Assembly: GCA_031551405.1 (NCBI GenBank)
Contig: JAVBNQ010000005.1
Location: 1 to 33,742, forward strand
Source: a bacterium
GTDB taxonomy: Bacteria > RUG730
Length of the DNA stretch: 33,742 bases
Direction: 5' to 3'
The notes under the pieces were generated by a model that did not search any database, had not been told where the DNA came from, and worked only from the letters and a program-made list of their open reading frames with translations. The translations under genes were made by a program, and so were the position numbers. Numbering within the stretch: position 1 is the first letter of the stretch; each line of letters starts with the position of its first letter. Shown one piece after another: positions 9,759-19,431 of this stretch.

Positions 9759-10025
9759 TTATTCCTCGTCAAACTTATTGTTAAACAAACTTGAAATTGC
9801 GGTGAGAGCTTCTTTTTCATCATTACCATGAACCTCAAGCTCAAGCTCTGAGCCAAATTCTGCTGCCAAAAGCATTATCCCAAGAATACTTTTGGCATTA
9901 ATTTTCTGAGTTTCTTTGATGATAAAAATATCGGATTCAAATTTTGCAGCTGTTTGAACCAACAAAGACGCAGGCCGTACGTGCAATCCGAGCTTATTTT
10001 GTATGAGCAATTTTTCTTTAATCAT
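9759..10025 (-). CDS. ptsH: Phosphocarrier protein HPr
   Basis: GLHVRPAS (His15), NAKSILGIM (Ser46). Confidence 0.97.
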   Translation of the reverse strand: MIKEKLLIQNKLGLHVRPASLLVQTAAKFESDIFIIKETQKINAKSILGIMLLAAEFGSELELEVHGNDEKEALTAISSLFNNKFDEE

Positions 10026-10795
10026 AATCCCACCTTAAAATACCCTAAAACAAAATTGACTCCAAAAACGCAAAGCAGCATTTTAAAAGACGAAAATTTT
10101 TTAATTTTTTTTATTAATTCCAGGCATAAAAACATGATATAAAAACCCAAAATACTTGCGACGCTATAATTTTTGTAAATGCAATAAACAAAAAATAGCG
10201 ATAGAAGCAGCAAAAACCCAATTTTTTTTATTTGCGGCTCAAGATCAAAATCACGCCACTTTTTTATAACTAGTACGACGTCCTGTCCTTTCGTATATGC
10301 GACAGAGAGGCCTCGAAAAATAAAATAAAAATGCGGAATGTTAAACAGAATCAAAAAAACGAATATTAAAACGCAAGCAGAAAATAAATAATGGGCAGTA
10401 ACTATCAAGGAGAAAAAAAACAGAATAAAAGCAATAATGGCTGAAAACGGCCTAAGCAAACCCCAAAATAAATAATCGCCCAATGCAGACAGCGGCCCTG
10501 AAAGAGCAGTTTTAAGACCAGAGATTTCTTTCCCAAAATCTTTTTTTTCTAACGCGGCTTTTTCCTCTAAATTTAGAACAAGACCGACTACAACTCCCAG
10601 CATGTACGGGTGAATATTAAAAAATTCTAAATGTCTTTCTACAGCTTTTTTGTAAGCTTCTTCGTCGTCTTTATAAATTTTTCTTAGCTCTGAAATGACA
10701 ACGAACAAAAAACCAATATTTTGCATTGACTTGAAATTCCAAAGACTTTGCAAGAAAAAAGATCGAATGCTCAGCTTAATAAAGCGTTTATTCAT
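10022..10795 (-). CDS. PTS mannose/fructose/sorbose family EIID component
   Basis: RSFFLQSLWNF..MQNIGF, RHLEFFNIHPY, GPLSALGD.LFW. Confidence 0.92.
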   Translation of the reverse strand: MNKRFIKLSIRSFFLQSLWNFKSMQNIGFLFVVISELRKIYKDDEEAYKKAVERHLEFFNIHPYMLGVVVGLVLNLEEKAALEKKDFGKEISGLKTALSGPLSALGDYLFWGLLRPFSAIIAFILFFFSLIVTAHYLFSACVLIFVFLILFNIPHFYFIFRGLSVAYTKGQDVVLVIKKWRDFDLEPQIKKIGFLLLLSLFFVYCIYKNYSVASILGFYIMFLCLELIKKIKKFSSFKMLLCVFGVNFVLGYFKVGL

Positions 10796-10850
10796 AAATT
10801 TTTAAACTTAAACCTGATTTTTGAATTTTGAGTTGAAAAACAAAAAAATT

Positions 10851-10899
10851 AATTTAGTTGAAAACTTAGTCTTTGTCAACTTATTTTGTCTGACAAAAT
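10851..10899 (-). promoter_or_regulatory. Candidate sigma70 promoter of the EIID-ptsH-ptsI unit with upstream palindrome
   Basis: Minus-strand TTGACA (10874-10879)-N17-TAAATT (10851-10856); perfect inverted repeat ATTTTGTC-T-GACAAAAT at 10883-10899. Confidence 0.6.
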
Positions 10900-10924
10900 T
10901 TTGCCAAAAATAATTACTTTTTAT

Positions 10925-12061
10925 TTAAATTTGTACTTTAAACGCGCAAAATATATTTGAATCGACTTTTTCAGAATCTTCGACCAAGGCAGTTCCAATA
11001 TCAAAACTCGCAATATTTTTAAAAAGCCCTCTAGAATAAGAGAAAGTATAGGCTCTAAAAACATTCTCCAAATCAGAGTTGCTCTCAATTTTCAATCTTG
11101 AATTATTTGAAACTTTCAAAGCAAAATTCACGAAAATAGAATTTGACGAAATATACAATGTTTTGTTAGCTTCCAACACAAAGATTGACAACATTTTCCC
11201 TCGAATGTAACCGCAACTAAAATCCAAAAGCGCATTCAGACTTTTCGTCGACGCAATATAGACATTAAAAGTATTTTGCGATAAATCTTTGTAATTATTC
11301 ATTAAGCTCGCCGTAGTGATTATGCCGGCACTTAGATTCATAAATTTTTCTCGGAACAAATTGTATCTAAAATCAAGAAGCGCGTAGATTTTGGCGCGTT
11401 TTTGATCCGTCCCATCTCCTAGGAAATATACGTTATTTACGTTTAGCGATATCTTCTTAGTCTGTTGCAAAAAACTATTCCAATTTAAGAGAGTTTGACG
11501 TCGGAACTCGCTAGTTGGCGAAATAATCCCGCTATTCAAAGAATCTTCATCTTGAAAATCTACATTATTTCCTAAACCCAAAATAATAATTGAGTCTTTT
11601 TGGATGTTTATTTCTAGTTCATCATCTAGCTTTTGGATAGTAATGACTATGTTCCCATCTTCAGAAAAGTATTCTTCGCCTATAGTGTCAATTACGGTAA
11701 AAAATCCATTCTGAATGTTTAGTACTAAATTTTTTGATTTTGAAATACCCTTTGTCGGGTTAAAATAAGTCAATTTTAAACTTGGCACAGAAATTTCTGA
11801 GTTTGACGAAGAATCTTGTTGTATTGGGAAATTCAACAAAATCTCATGCAATAAATTATCTTTTATCGGTAAATTCAGGTTATTAAATCTAAAAACAGCT
11901 GAAGAATTGCTTGCGAGCGAAACCGAAATATTTTTTTCATCCAGAATTTTATTGTTTACAACTACATAATTTGCTTTCACATTAGTCTCAGAGTAGCCTG
12001 CAAAGCAAAAACTTGAAAGAATCAAACAAAAAATAATGAATACTTTAGACTTTGAAAGCAT
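10925..12061 (-). CDS. Hypothetical exported protein, possibly with a C-terminal beta-barrel
   Basis: 378-aa ORF coupled to the leuS stop; signal-peptide-like N-terminus (KSKVFIIFCLILSSFCFA); alternating hydrophobic strands in the C-terminal half. Confidence 0.7.
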   Translation of the reverse strand: MLSKSKVFIIFCLILSSFCFAGYSETNVKANYVVVNNKILDEKNISVSLASNSSAVFRFNNLNLPIKDNLLHEILLNFPIQQDSSSNSEISVPSLKLTYFNPTKGISKSKNLVLNIQNGFFTVIDTIGEEYFSEDGNIVITIQKLDDELEINIQKDSIIILGLGNNVDFQDEDSLNSGIISPTSEFRRQTLLNWNSFLQQTKKISLNVNNVYFLGDGTDQKRAKIYALLDFRYNLFREKFMNLSAGIITTASLMNNYKDLSQNTFNVYIASTKSLNALLDFSCGYIRGKMLSIFVLEANKTLYISSNSIFVNFALKVSNNSRLKIESNSDLENVFRAYTFSYSRGLFKNIASFDIGTALVEDSEKVDSNIFCAFKVQI

Positions 12062-14541
12062 TAAAAATCCTTAGCATCTTTGGAAGCACTTTTCGTTACT
12101 AAACTCATCAGTTTATCTTTTACAAAAATTTTATTTATTATCTCGCAATTTTCTAAATATGGTTTCAATTTTTCGTCGGCTTCAATCAATTTTTCCAAGT
12201 TTTCCTGTGAAATTCCTTTTTCGAGACTATATTTTGCCCTAACTTTTCCATTGATTTGAATCACGAGAATTATTTCATCTTTCTCTGCCTTTTTGTCGTC
12301 GTAATCCGGAAATTTTTCGAATACTACAGAATTTTTATGACCGATTTTTTCCCAGATCTCTTCGCAAACGTGAGGGATAAACGGCGCCATTAAAATCGTA
12401 AGCTTTTCGATAAAATCCAAAATTTGCCTTTTTGGTGCGCCTTCCAAGTCTTTTTCCTTGTACAAAAAATTCGTAGCTTCCATCACCGTCGCTATTGCTG
12501 TATTGTAGGAAAAATTTGCAATATCTAAACTAATCTTTTTTATCGAAGAATGCAGCTTTTGTTCAATACTTCGTTTATATTCAAAATCGTCGTCATTTCG
12601 AGATAAAATCTCGTCAAAAAGCCTAAAAAATCGATTCAAGAATCGAAAACATCCTTCTATTCCTTCCTCGCTCCAGTCGAGATCTTTGTCAGGAGGCGCG
12701 GCAAAAAGCGTGAAAAGTCTCATTGAATCTGCGCCATATTTTTGCACAATATCGTCTGGATCCACGACATTTCCCTTTGATTTTGACATTTTTGCGCCGT
12801 CTTTTATTACCATGCCTTGGTTGAGAAGGTTGAGAAATGGCTCCGTTGAATTTTTGTTTAGCAAACCTAAATCAACAAAAACTTTCGCGAAAAATCTCGA
12901 GTACAAAAGATGCATACAAGCATGCTCAGCGCCACCGATATATTGATCGACTGGCATCCAATAATCTATTTTTTTCTTAGCAAAAATTTCGTTTTTATTT
13001 TTTGGATCGCAATATCTCAAAAAATACCACGACGAATCCACGAAAGTATCCATTGTATCCGTCTCTCGACTAGCTTCCTCGCCACAGGCCGGACATACGG
13101 CTTTTACGAAAGATTTCGAGTATTTGAGAGGAGAATCACCATGTCCGGTAAATTCTACGTCAGCAGGCAAAACTATCGGCAAATCCGACTCACGAACCGG
13201 CATTATCCCGCATTTTTCACAATAAACAATTGGGATAGGAGTTCCCCAGTATCTCTGACGAGAAATAAGCCAATCTTTCAGCCTAAAAGTTTTCATAAAA
13301 TCGCCTTTTCCGAGCGTGATCAGTTTCTCTGTAATTTCCCTTTTTGCCTCGTCTGAGCTCAAACCGTCAAATTCTCCGGAATTTATCAGAAATCCTTTTT
13401 CTTCATAAGCCTTCTCATTTAAAACAAAGTTTTTAGTATCTTTTTCCGGGACAATCACAATTTTTAGAGGCAAATTGTTTTTTTTCGCAAATTCGAAATC
13501 CCTCTGATCGTGACTCGGTACAGCCATTACAGCGCCAGTTCCGTAGCTTGCCAAAACGTAATTTCCGAGCCAAATCGGTAATTTCTCACCCGTGATAGGA
13601 TGAATCGCTTTAAATCCAGTGTCAATTCCTTCTTTTTCTTTAGCAGTTCTATCGAGATCGCTTTGTTTTTTTACTTTTTGCACAAATTCCAAAATGTCAT
13701 TCTTACGCGGAGAATTTTGTAACAATTTTTCGATTAAAATGTGCTCCGGCGCCAAAACTACATAAGTTACTCCCATGATCGTATCGATTCTAGTCGTAAA
13801 AACCTCAATATTTTCATTAAATCCTTCGACGGAAAATTTTATTAAACTTCCCTCGCTTTTTCCTATCCAATTTTTCTGCATGAAAAGGATTCGGTCTTTC
13901 CAGCCGTCTTTTATCAGCTCGTGATCGTCTAAAAGTGCTTCTTTATATTCGGAAATCTTGAAAAACCACTGTTCCAAATTTTTCTGCAAAACATCAGAAT
14001 CGCATCTCCAGCATTTTCCGTCTTCGACCTGCTCGTTCGCAAGAACAGTATTGCAGCTCTCACACCAATTTACAGTTGATTTTTTTCTGTAAGCCAGACC
14101 CTTCTCGTACAATTTCAAAAAAATCCATTGATTCCACTTGTAATATTCTTCGCTACACGTCGCGATTTCCCTGGACCAATCATACGCGAATCCCATCGCT
14201 TTTAGCTGCAGACGCATATTCTCTATATTTGCAAGAGTCCAATCTTTCGGGTGTTTTTTATGTTTTACGGCTGCGTTTTCCGCCGGAAGACCGAACGCGT
14301 CCCATCCAATCGGATGCATTACGTTGTAGCCCTGCATTTTCTTATATCGGGTAATGAGATCTGAAATTGTATAATTCCTGACGTGTCCCATATGCAATCT
14401 TCCCGACGGATACGGGAACATTTCTAAAACATAGTATTTTTTGTTTTTCTCAGCAGGCGATTCCGAGGCCTTAAAAATTTCTTTTTCTTCCCAAAATTCT
14501 TGCCATTTCTGTTCGATTTTTTTGTGATCGTACTCCATCAA
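12061..14541 (-). CDS. leuS: Leucine--tRNA ligase
   Basis: MFPYPSGRLHMGH, GWDAFGLPAENAA, GTGAVMAVPSHDQRD editing domain, SRQRYWGTPIP, KMSKSKGN. Confidence 0.99.
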   Translation of the reverse strand: MMEYDHKKIEQKWQEFWEEKEIFKASESPAEKNKKYYVLEMFPYPSGRLHMGHVRNYTISDLITRYKKMQGYNVMHPIGWDAFGLPAENAAVKHKKHPKDWTLANIENMRLQLKAMGFAYDWSREIATCSEEYYKWNQWIFLKLYEKGLAYRKKSTVNWCESCNTVLANEQVEDGKCWRCDSDVLQKNLEQWFFKISEYKEALLDDHELIKDGWKDRILFMQKNWIGKSEGSLIKFSVEGFNENIEVFTTRIDTIMGVTYVVLAPEHILIEKLLQNSPRKNDILEFVQKVKKQSDLDRTAKEKEGIDTGFKAIHPITGEKLPIWLGNYVLASYGTGAVMAVPSHDQRDFEFAKKNNLPLKIVIVPEKDTKNFVLNEKAYEEKGFLINSGEFDGLSSDEAKREITEKLITLGKGDFMKTFRLKDWLISRQRYWGTPIPIVYCEKCGIMPVRESDLPIVLPADVEFTGHGDSPLKYSKSFVKAVCPACGEEASRETDTMDTFVDSSWYFLRYCDPKNKNEIFAKKKIDYWMPVDQYIGGAEHACMHLLYSRFFAKVFVDLGLLNKNSTEPFLNLLNQGMVIKDGAKMSKSKGNVVDPDDIVQKYGADSMRLFTLFAAPPDKDLDWSEEGIEGCFRFLNRFFRLFDEILSRNDDDFEYKRSIEQKLHSSIKKISLDIANFSYNTAIATVMEATNFLYKEKDLEGAPKRQILDFIEKLTILMAPFIPHVCEEIWEKIGHKNSVVFEKFPDYDDKKAEKDEIILVIQINGKVRAKYSLEKGISQENLEKLIEADEKLKPYLENCEIINKIFVKDKLMSLVTKSASKDAKDF

Positions 14542-14548
14542 ATTCTCC

Positions 14549-14893
14549 TTAATTTATAACTACAAACGCGATTGCAAAATCTTCGCAATGCGATAAAGAA
14601 ATCGCGATTTTTTGATCCAAATCTGAATATTTTACGTTTTTTATGATTATGAACGGCGCACCGGATTCTTGATTTTTCACCACAATATCTTTGTAAGCCA
14701 AGGTTCTATCTCCCAGAGCTTTAATCACAGCCTCTTTTGCAGCAAATCTCGCAGCAAAATGTTGGTACTTATTTTTTTTCGAATTACAATAATCTAGCTC
14801 AACCTCGTCGAAAATCTTATTTAAACTTGCCTCATTTTTGTCTACGAATTTTTTGACTCGTTCTATTTCGATTATGTCAACTCCGGTTTGCAT
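14549..14893 (-). CDS. acpS: Holo-[acyl-carrier-protein] synthase
   Basis: GVDIIEIER, AARFAAKEAVIKALG, ISLSH. Confidence 0.96.
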   Translation of the reverse strand: MQTGVDIIEIERVKKFVDKNEASLNKIFDEVELDYCNSKKNKYQHFAARFAAKEAVIKALGDRTLAYKDIVVKNQESGAPFIIIKNVKYSDLDQKIAISLSHCEDFAIAFVVIN

Positions 14894-15041
14894 TTTTACC
14901 TCTACAAATTATCAAAACTAAATTTTAGTTATATCAAAAAAATTTTATTATTTTAACTTTTTTTTATTATTACTAAATTTATTGCTTTTTTTCCTGCTTG
15001 AAAATATAATAACTCTTTATTTTAAAAAATCTGGAAAAAAA

Positions 15042-16076
15042 ATGTTTCTAAATATTGTTGTTGCTTTTTTCTTTGTCAATTTCATAGTTTTTATCCACGA
15101 GCTTGGTCACTTTTTTAGTGCAAAAAGTTTTGGTATAAAAGTCAAAAAATTTTCGATTGGGTTTGGCCAAGAAATCGTCGGATTTACAAAAAATGAAACA
15201 CGCTATTCAATATCCGCTTTTTTGTTCGGCGGATTTGTAAAAATGGAAGGAGACAATATTTGGGAAGAAAATCCTGGCGAAAAAGGCGAATTTTTGAGTC
15301 TTGAGCCCTGGGAAAAAATTTTGATAGCGATTTCCGGCCCATTAATGAATATAATTTTTGCGATTTTAGTTATTTTTGTATTGAGTTTTTATATCGGGAT
15401 TCGGGATTTCGACAAAAACAATTTAGAGATTGGCGGACTCTTATCGGGAACGCCTGCCGTTTCACAAATATTGCCTGGCGATAAAATTTTACGTATTAAC
15501 CAGAAAAGTATTTCTGATTGGGATGAACTGACTAACGCAGTCAACCAAAACAAAAATGAAGAATTACAGATCGATATCGAGCGACAAAATGAAAATTTAA
15601 CAATTTTTTTGCGTCCAATTTTTGACAAAAATACGAGCAAGTTTATTCTGGGAATTACACCAAAACTCACGCTCAAAAAATTAAATTTTAGCCAAAGCCT
15701 AAATTTTTCATTAAAAACAGCGTCTAGGATTAGCAAAAGTTTTTTCGGAATTTTTACAAAAATTTTTACAAAAGGAAAAAATATCGAGCTAATCGGTCCA
15801 GTCGGAGTGATCCGAGAATTATCAAATGCCGTTAATAACAGTACTTGGCATTTCATGTTTCTTTTGGCAATTCTTAGCCTGAATTTGGGATTTATAAATA
15901 TTTTACCATTGCCGATTTTAGACGGAGGATATATTTTACTTTTTTTGTGCGAACTTTTTACTAAACGCAAATTCAACAAAAAATTTTTGGAAATAATTTT
16001 TACACTTATGTTCGTAATTTTGCTAGGGCTTACGCTTTTGATTTCTTATCGAGACATTTTGAAATTTTTCAAATGA
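15042..16076 (+). CDS. rseP: Site-2 (M50) intramembrane metalloprotease with PDZ domain
   Basis: HELGH, FSIGFG, GGFVKM, GPLMN, GPVG, NILPLPILDGG; start moved to ATG 15042. Confidence 0.95.
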   Translation: MFLNIVVAFFFVNFIVFIHELGHFFSAKSFGIKVKKFSIGFGQEIVGFTKNETRYSISAFLFGGFVKMEGDNIWEENPGEKGEFLSLEPWEKILIAISGPLMNIIFAILVIFVLSFYIGIRDFDKNNLEIGGLLSGTPAVSQILPGDKILRINQKSISDWDELTNAVNQNKNEELQIDIERQNENLTIFLRPIFDKNTSKFILGITPKLTLKKLNFSQSLNFSLKTASRISKSFFGIFTKIFTKGKNIELIGPVGVIRELSNAVNNSTWHFMFLLAILSLNLGFINILPLPILDGGYILLFLCELFTKRKFNKKFLEIIFTLMFVILLGLTLLISYRDILKFFK

Positions 16077-16111
16077 TAATTCAAAAATTCAACACTTGGT
16101 TTGGAGAAAAA

Positions 16112-16927
16112 ATGACGATTTTTCAAGCATTATTCTTAGCGATTATTCAGAGTTTATGCGAGTTTTTACCAATAAGTTCATCGGCTCATCTCACACTAGC
16201 TCCGTGGATCTTTGATTTTAAAACTCCGGGTCAAAGCTTTGATATTGCACTTCATTTTGCGACGAGTATCGCTGTGATTTATTTTTTCAGGAAAGATTTT
16301 TATCTTATAATCCGTGGTTTTTTAAGCCTTTTTTTCAAAAAAATAGAATCCGACTCTTTTTACCAAAGGTTGAGCATTTTAATGCTCGTAAGTTTAATAC
16401 CAATTTTCATTTTTGCTCCGATTATAAAGGATCCGATAGAAAGCATCATCAAAAATCCTGTTATAATTGCGATATTTTTGATATTTTTCGGTATAGTTCT
16501 GTATTTTGTCGATAAGGTATCACGCTCGCAAAAAGATTTGTACGATCTAACTAAAAAGCAAGCTTTTGTTATTGGTCTAGCGCAATTATTGGCAATAGGT
16601 CCGGGCGTTTCACGATCCGGTATCACGATCACAACTGGCAGGCTATATCATTTAAATCGGGAGACTGCAGCAAGATTTTCTTTCTTAATATCGACTCCTG
16701 CAATTTTGGGAGCAACTCTTTTGGAGGCAAAAAATATCGTAAAAATCTCTCATAACGCCTCAGGATTTTCCGCCGCTTTTTTTATTGGATTTTTCGCAAC
16801 GATTTTTCTCTCTTATTTAACAATCAAATATTTTTTAAAGTTTATCTCGACTCATAATTTCAAATCTTTTATGTTTTATAGAATTATTTTAGGATTAGTA
16901 ATTATTGTTTTTTCCGTATTAAAATAG
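16112..16927 (+). CDS. uppP: Undecaprenyl-diphosphate phosphatase
   Basis: EFLPISSSAHL, PGVSRSGIT, AARFSFL; ATG 16112 follows a GGAG RBS. Confidence 0.96.
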   Translation: MTIFQALFLAIIQSLCEFLPISSSAHLTLAPWIFDFKTPGQSFDIALHFATSIAVIYFFRKDFYLIIRGFLSLFFKKIESDSFYQRLSILMLVSLIPIFIFAPIIKDPIESIIKNPVIIAIFLIFFGIVLYFVDKVSRSQKDLYDLTKKQAFVIGLAQLLAIGPGVSRSGITITTGRLYHLNRETAARFSFLISTPAILGATLLEAKNIVKISHNASGFSAAFFIGFFATIFLSYLTIKYFLKFISTHNFKSFMFYRIILGLVIIVFSVLK

Positions 16928-16937
16928 ATGAGGCACC

Positions 16938-17192
16938 ATGAACACAAAATTAGGCACTATAGCCTCGCTAGCAGGGATCTTAGTGGCTTTAGCGTTCTTA
17001 GATCAGATTAGGCTCAATTTATCCGGACAAATTGGATCAATAATTTTTCCAACTATGAGCATATTTAATTCTCTCGCTTGGATGTCATATGGTTATTGTA
17101 GACGAGAGAAAGACTGGGCACTAATAATTTGCAATGGTTTTGGTTTTTTAATGGCTTTTTTAACGATTTTATCAGCTCTTATTCATAAATAA
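16938..17192 (+). CDS. SemiSWEET-family small transporter
   Basis: 84 aa, three hydrophobic helices, N...W..YG and DW..I..N..G pattern; GAGG RBS. Confidence 0.8.
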   Translation: MNTKLGTIASLAGILVALAFLDQIRLNLSGQIGSIIFPTMSIFNSLAWMSYGYCRREKDWALIICNGFGFLMAFLTILSALIHK

Positions 17193-17214
17193 AAAATTTG
17201 GGGAGTTTAATTTA

Positions 17215-19389
17215 ATGAATTTTAATAAAAAAATTATTGAATTTTGTTCGGAATTCACTGAATATTTCTTTCCGTTTTTATGTTTTTTAATCACAATCGC
17301 GTTTTATTTAAGAACTTATGATTCATGCCAAATCAAAATTACTCTCGTGCACATTGGCGGAATTGTTTTTTTTACATTATGGCTAATCAAAATTTTGCAA
17401 ACCAACGAATACAAACAAATTTTTAAAAACAAATATTTGAACCAATTTTTATTGCCAGTTCTGTTTTTTTTAATATCGGGAATAATCTCGTATTATCTTT
17501 CACCCTTTAAATCTGCTTCTCTTGAGGAAATCTCAAAACGTCTTATTTATGTTGCTACATTTCTTATGATAGTTTTTGAGTTTAACAGCCTGAAGAAAAT
17601 CGAGAGCCTCGCTCTTTGGATTACATTGGGTGCGCTAGTTTCTTCATTATACGGAATGGTTCAATTTTTTGGACTTGATCCTTTTGCTTGGAAAGGTGCG
17701 TTTGGGGATCGCCTTTTCTCAACTTTTGGCAATCCAAATTTTTTCTCAGCTTATCTCGTCTGGACAATCCCAGTCATGATTTCCTATGTTTTTCTCACGA
17801 AAAAATGGAGCTACAGTTTTATCATAATTTTATCAATTTTCTGCGTCATAATGTCGAAGAGCAAAGCCAGCTGGATCGGACTCAGTTTTGCGCTTTTCAC
17901 GTTTTCTATTTTAAGCATTCGTTATTTTGCTCACATCAAACAAGAAAATTTAAAAAAAATCATGACTATCATCGTGATTTCTGTTTTACTTTTTAGCGCG
18001 TTTGGTGTTTGGTTTTTATCGAGAAAAAGAATCGATTCTCTCAGATTCAGAGTTTTTACTTGGCAATCGACTTTAAATATGATTAACAAACCTGTTTTTG
18101 TTTCTCCTCAAAAATCAAAAATTTTAGGAACAGGAATTGGTACTTTTAAAATCGTTTATCCGGCGTACAGAATGCCTCAAATTTTTCATATCGAGGGGAA
18201 GCATAACACGGAAACTGATCATCCGGAAAACGAATTTTTGGAGATTTTATACGACGAAGGAATTATTGGATTTGGCATATTTTTGCTAATGCTTTTTTTA
18301 ATATTTTATGCCTCGTTTTACAAGCTAAATTACATCTCAAAAACAATTGGTTCAATCCAAAAAAAGAATTTAAGCCAGGAACAAAAAAATATCATTACAC
18401 TAGAGCATTATTTAGTTGGATTAATTTCCGGAGTGTCCGGGATGCTCGTTCATAATACCATGTGCGTCAATATGCGCTTTGTATCGAGTGGGTTTTTCTT
18501 TTGGATAATGCTTGGACTTATAATTTCTATCTTGAAAATCTACGATGTGAAAATGCAGAACTTTGAGGATTTAAAAGCTAGTAAAACTTCTTTTTATACG
18601 AAGATCGCGCTTACTTGCCTCCTCTTAATCTTTTGCGGACTTATTGTGAAAAAAAATATCGATTACTTCTCAGCAGATTATCATCACAATCGAGGGATTG
18701 CTTACTCAAAAGCCGGGATTTATGATAAAGCAATCAGCGAATATTACACGGCATTGCGACTCAATCCAAATTACATCATGAGTTATTATTTTATGGGAAA
18801 CGTGTTTCTTGATCGCTGGGATATGATGCCGAAATATAACGCTACGTGGGGCGATAAAAATAATATTTTGAGGAAAGATTCTGATCGAGCAAAAGATATT
18901 TATGAAAAGCTAAAAAGTCTTGCGCCAAATTACGTTCAAGTGCATTTTCAAATGGGAATGCTTTATTTGAAACTCGAGGATTATTCAAAATCTATCGAGA
19001 ACTTCGAGAAGTATTTAAAGCTAGATCCGGTTTATCCGTTCACTTATAGCCAACTCGGCTGGATTTATACGAAACAGCAAAATTGGCAAAAAGCTGAAGA
19101 AATTTATCAGAAAGGGTTAGAGCAAAATCCAAACTCCGGATTACTTTATTTCAACTTAGGAAATATGTGGTATTTCCGTCAAGATATTGAAAAAGCCATG
19201 AATTGCTATCTAAAATCTATCGATGTGGATAAAAATTTTGAGCAAGCATATAAAAATGCTATCTTCTTGCTTTTAAGCGCGAAACAGCTCGACAAAGCAG
19301 TTTATATTTCGAAAAAGCTTCTGGAAATCAATCCAAATGACGATTATGCAAAACAAGTAATAGCAGAAGCTACAAAATCTACCAACTAA
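17215..19389 (+). CDS. O-antigen ligase (Wzy_C) family membrane protein with C-terminal TPR repeats
   Basis: STFGNPNF, SKSKASWIG, R..TW, GTGIGTF, HPENEFLEIL..EGIIG; several TPR units after about residue 485. Confidence 0.9.
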   Translation: MNFNKKIIEFCSEFTEYFFPFLCFLITIAFYLRTYDSCQIKITLVHIGGIVFFTLWLIKILQTNEYKQIFKNKYLNQFLLPVLFFLISGIISYYLSPFKSASLEEISKRLIYVATFLMIVFEFNSLKKIESLALWITLGALVSSLYGMVQFFGLDPFAWKGAFGDRLFSTFGNPNFFSAYLVWTIPVMISYVFLTKKWSYSFIIILSIFCVIMSKSKASWIGLSFALFTFSILSIRYFAHIKQENLKKIMTIIVISVLLFSAFGVWFLSRKRIDSLRFRVFTWQSTLNMINKPVFVSPQKSKILGTGIGTFKIVYPAYRMPQIFHIEGKHNTETDHPENEFLEILYDEGIIGFGIFLLMLFLIFYASFYKLNYISKTIGSIQKKNLSQEQKNIITLEHYLVGLISGVSGMLVHNTMCVNMRFVSSGFFFWIMLGLIISILKIYDVKMQNFEDLKASKTSFYTKIALTCLLLIFCGLIVKKNIDYFSADYHHNRGIAYSKAGIYDKAISEYYTALRLNPNYIMSYYFMGNVFLDRWDMMPKYNATWGDKNNILRKDSDRAKDIYEKLKSLAPNYVQVHFQMGMLYLKLEDYSKSIENFEKYLKLDPVYPFTYSQLGWIYTKQQNWQKAEEIYQKGLEQNPNSGLLYFNLGNMWYFRQDIEKAMNCYLKSIDVDKNFEQAYKNAIFLLLSAKQLDKAVYISKKLLEINPNDDYAKQVIAEATKSTN

Positions 19390-19431
19390 AAAACGACTTA
19401 AAAACTTAAAGTCACTAAATACGAGGATTTT

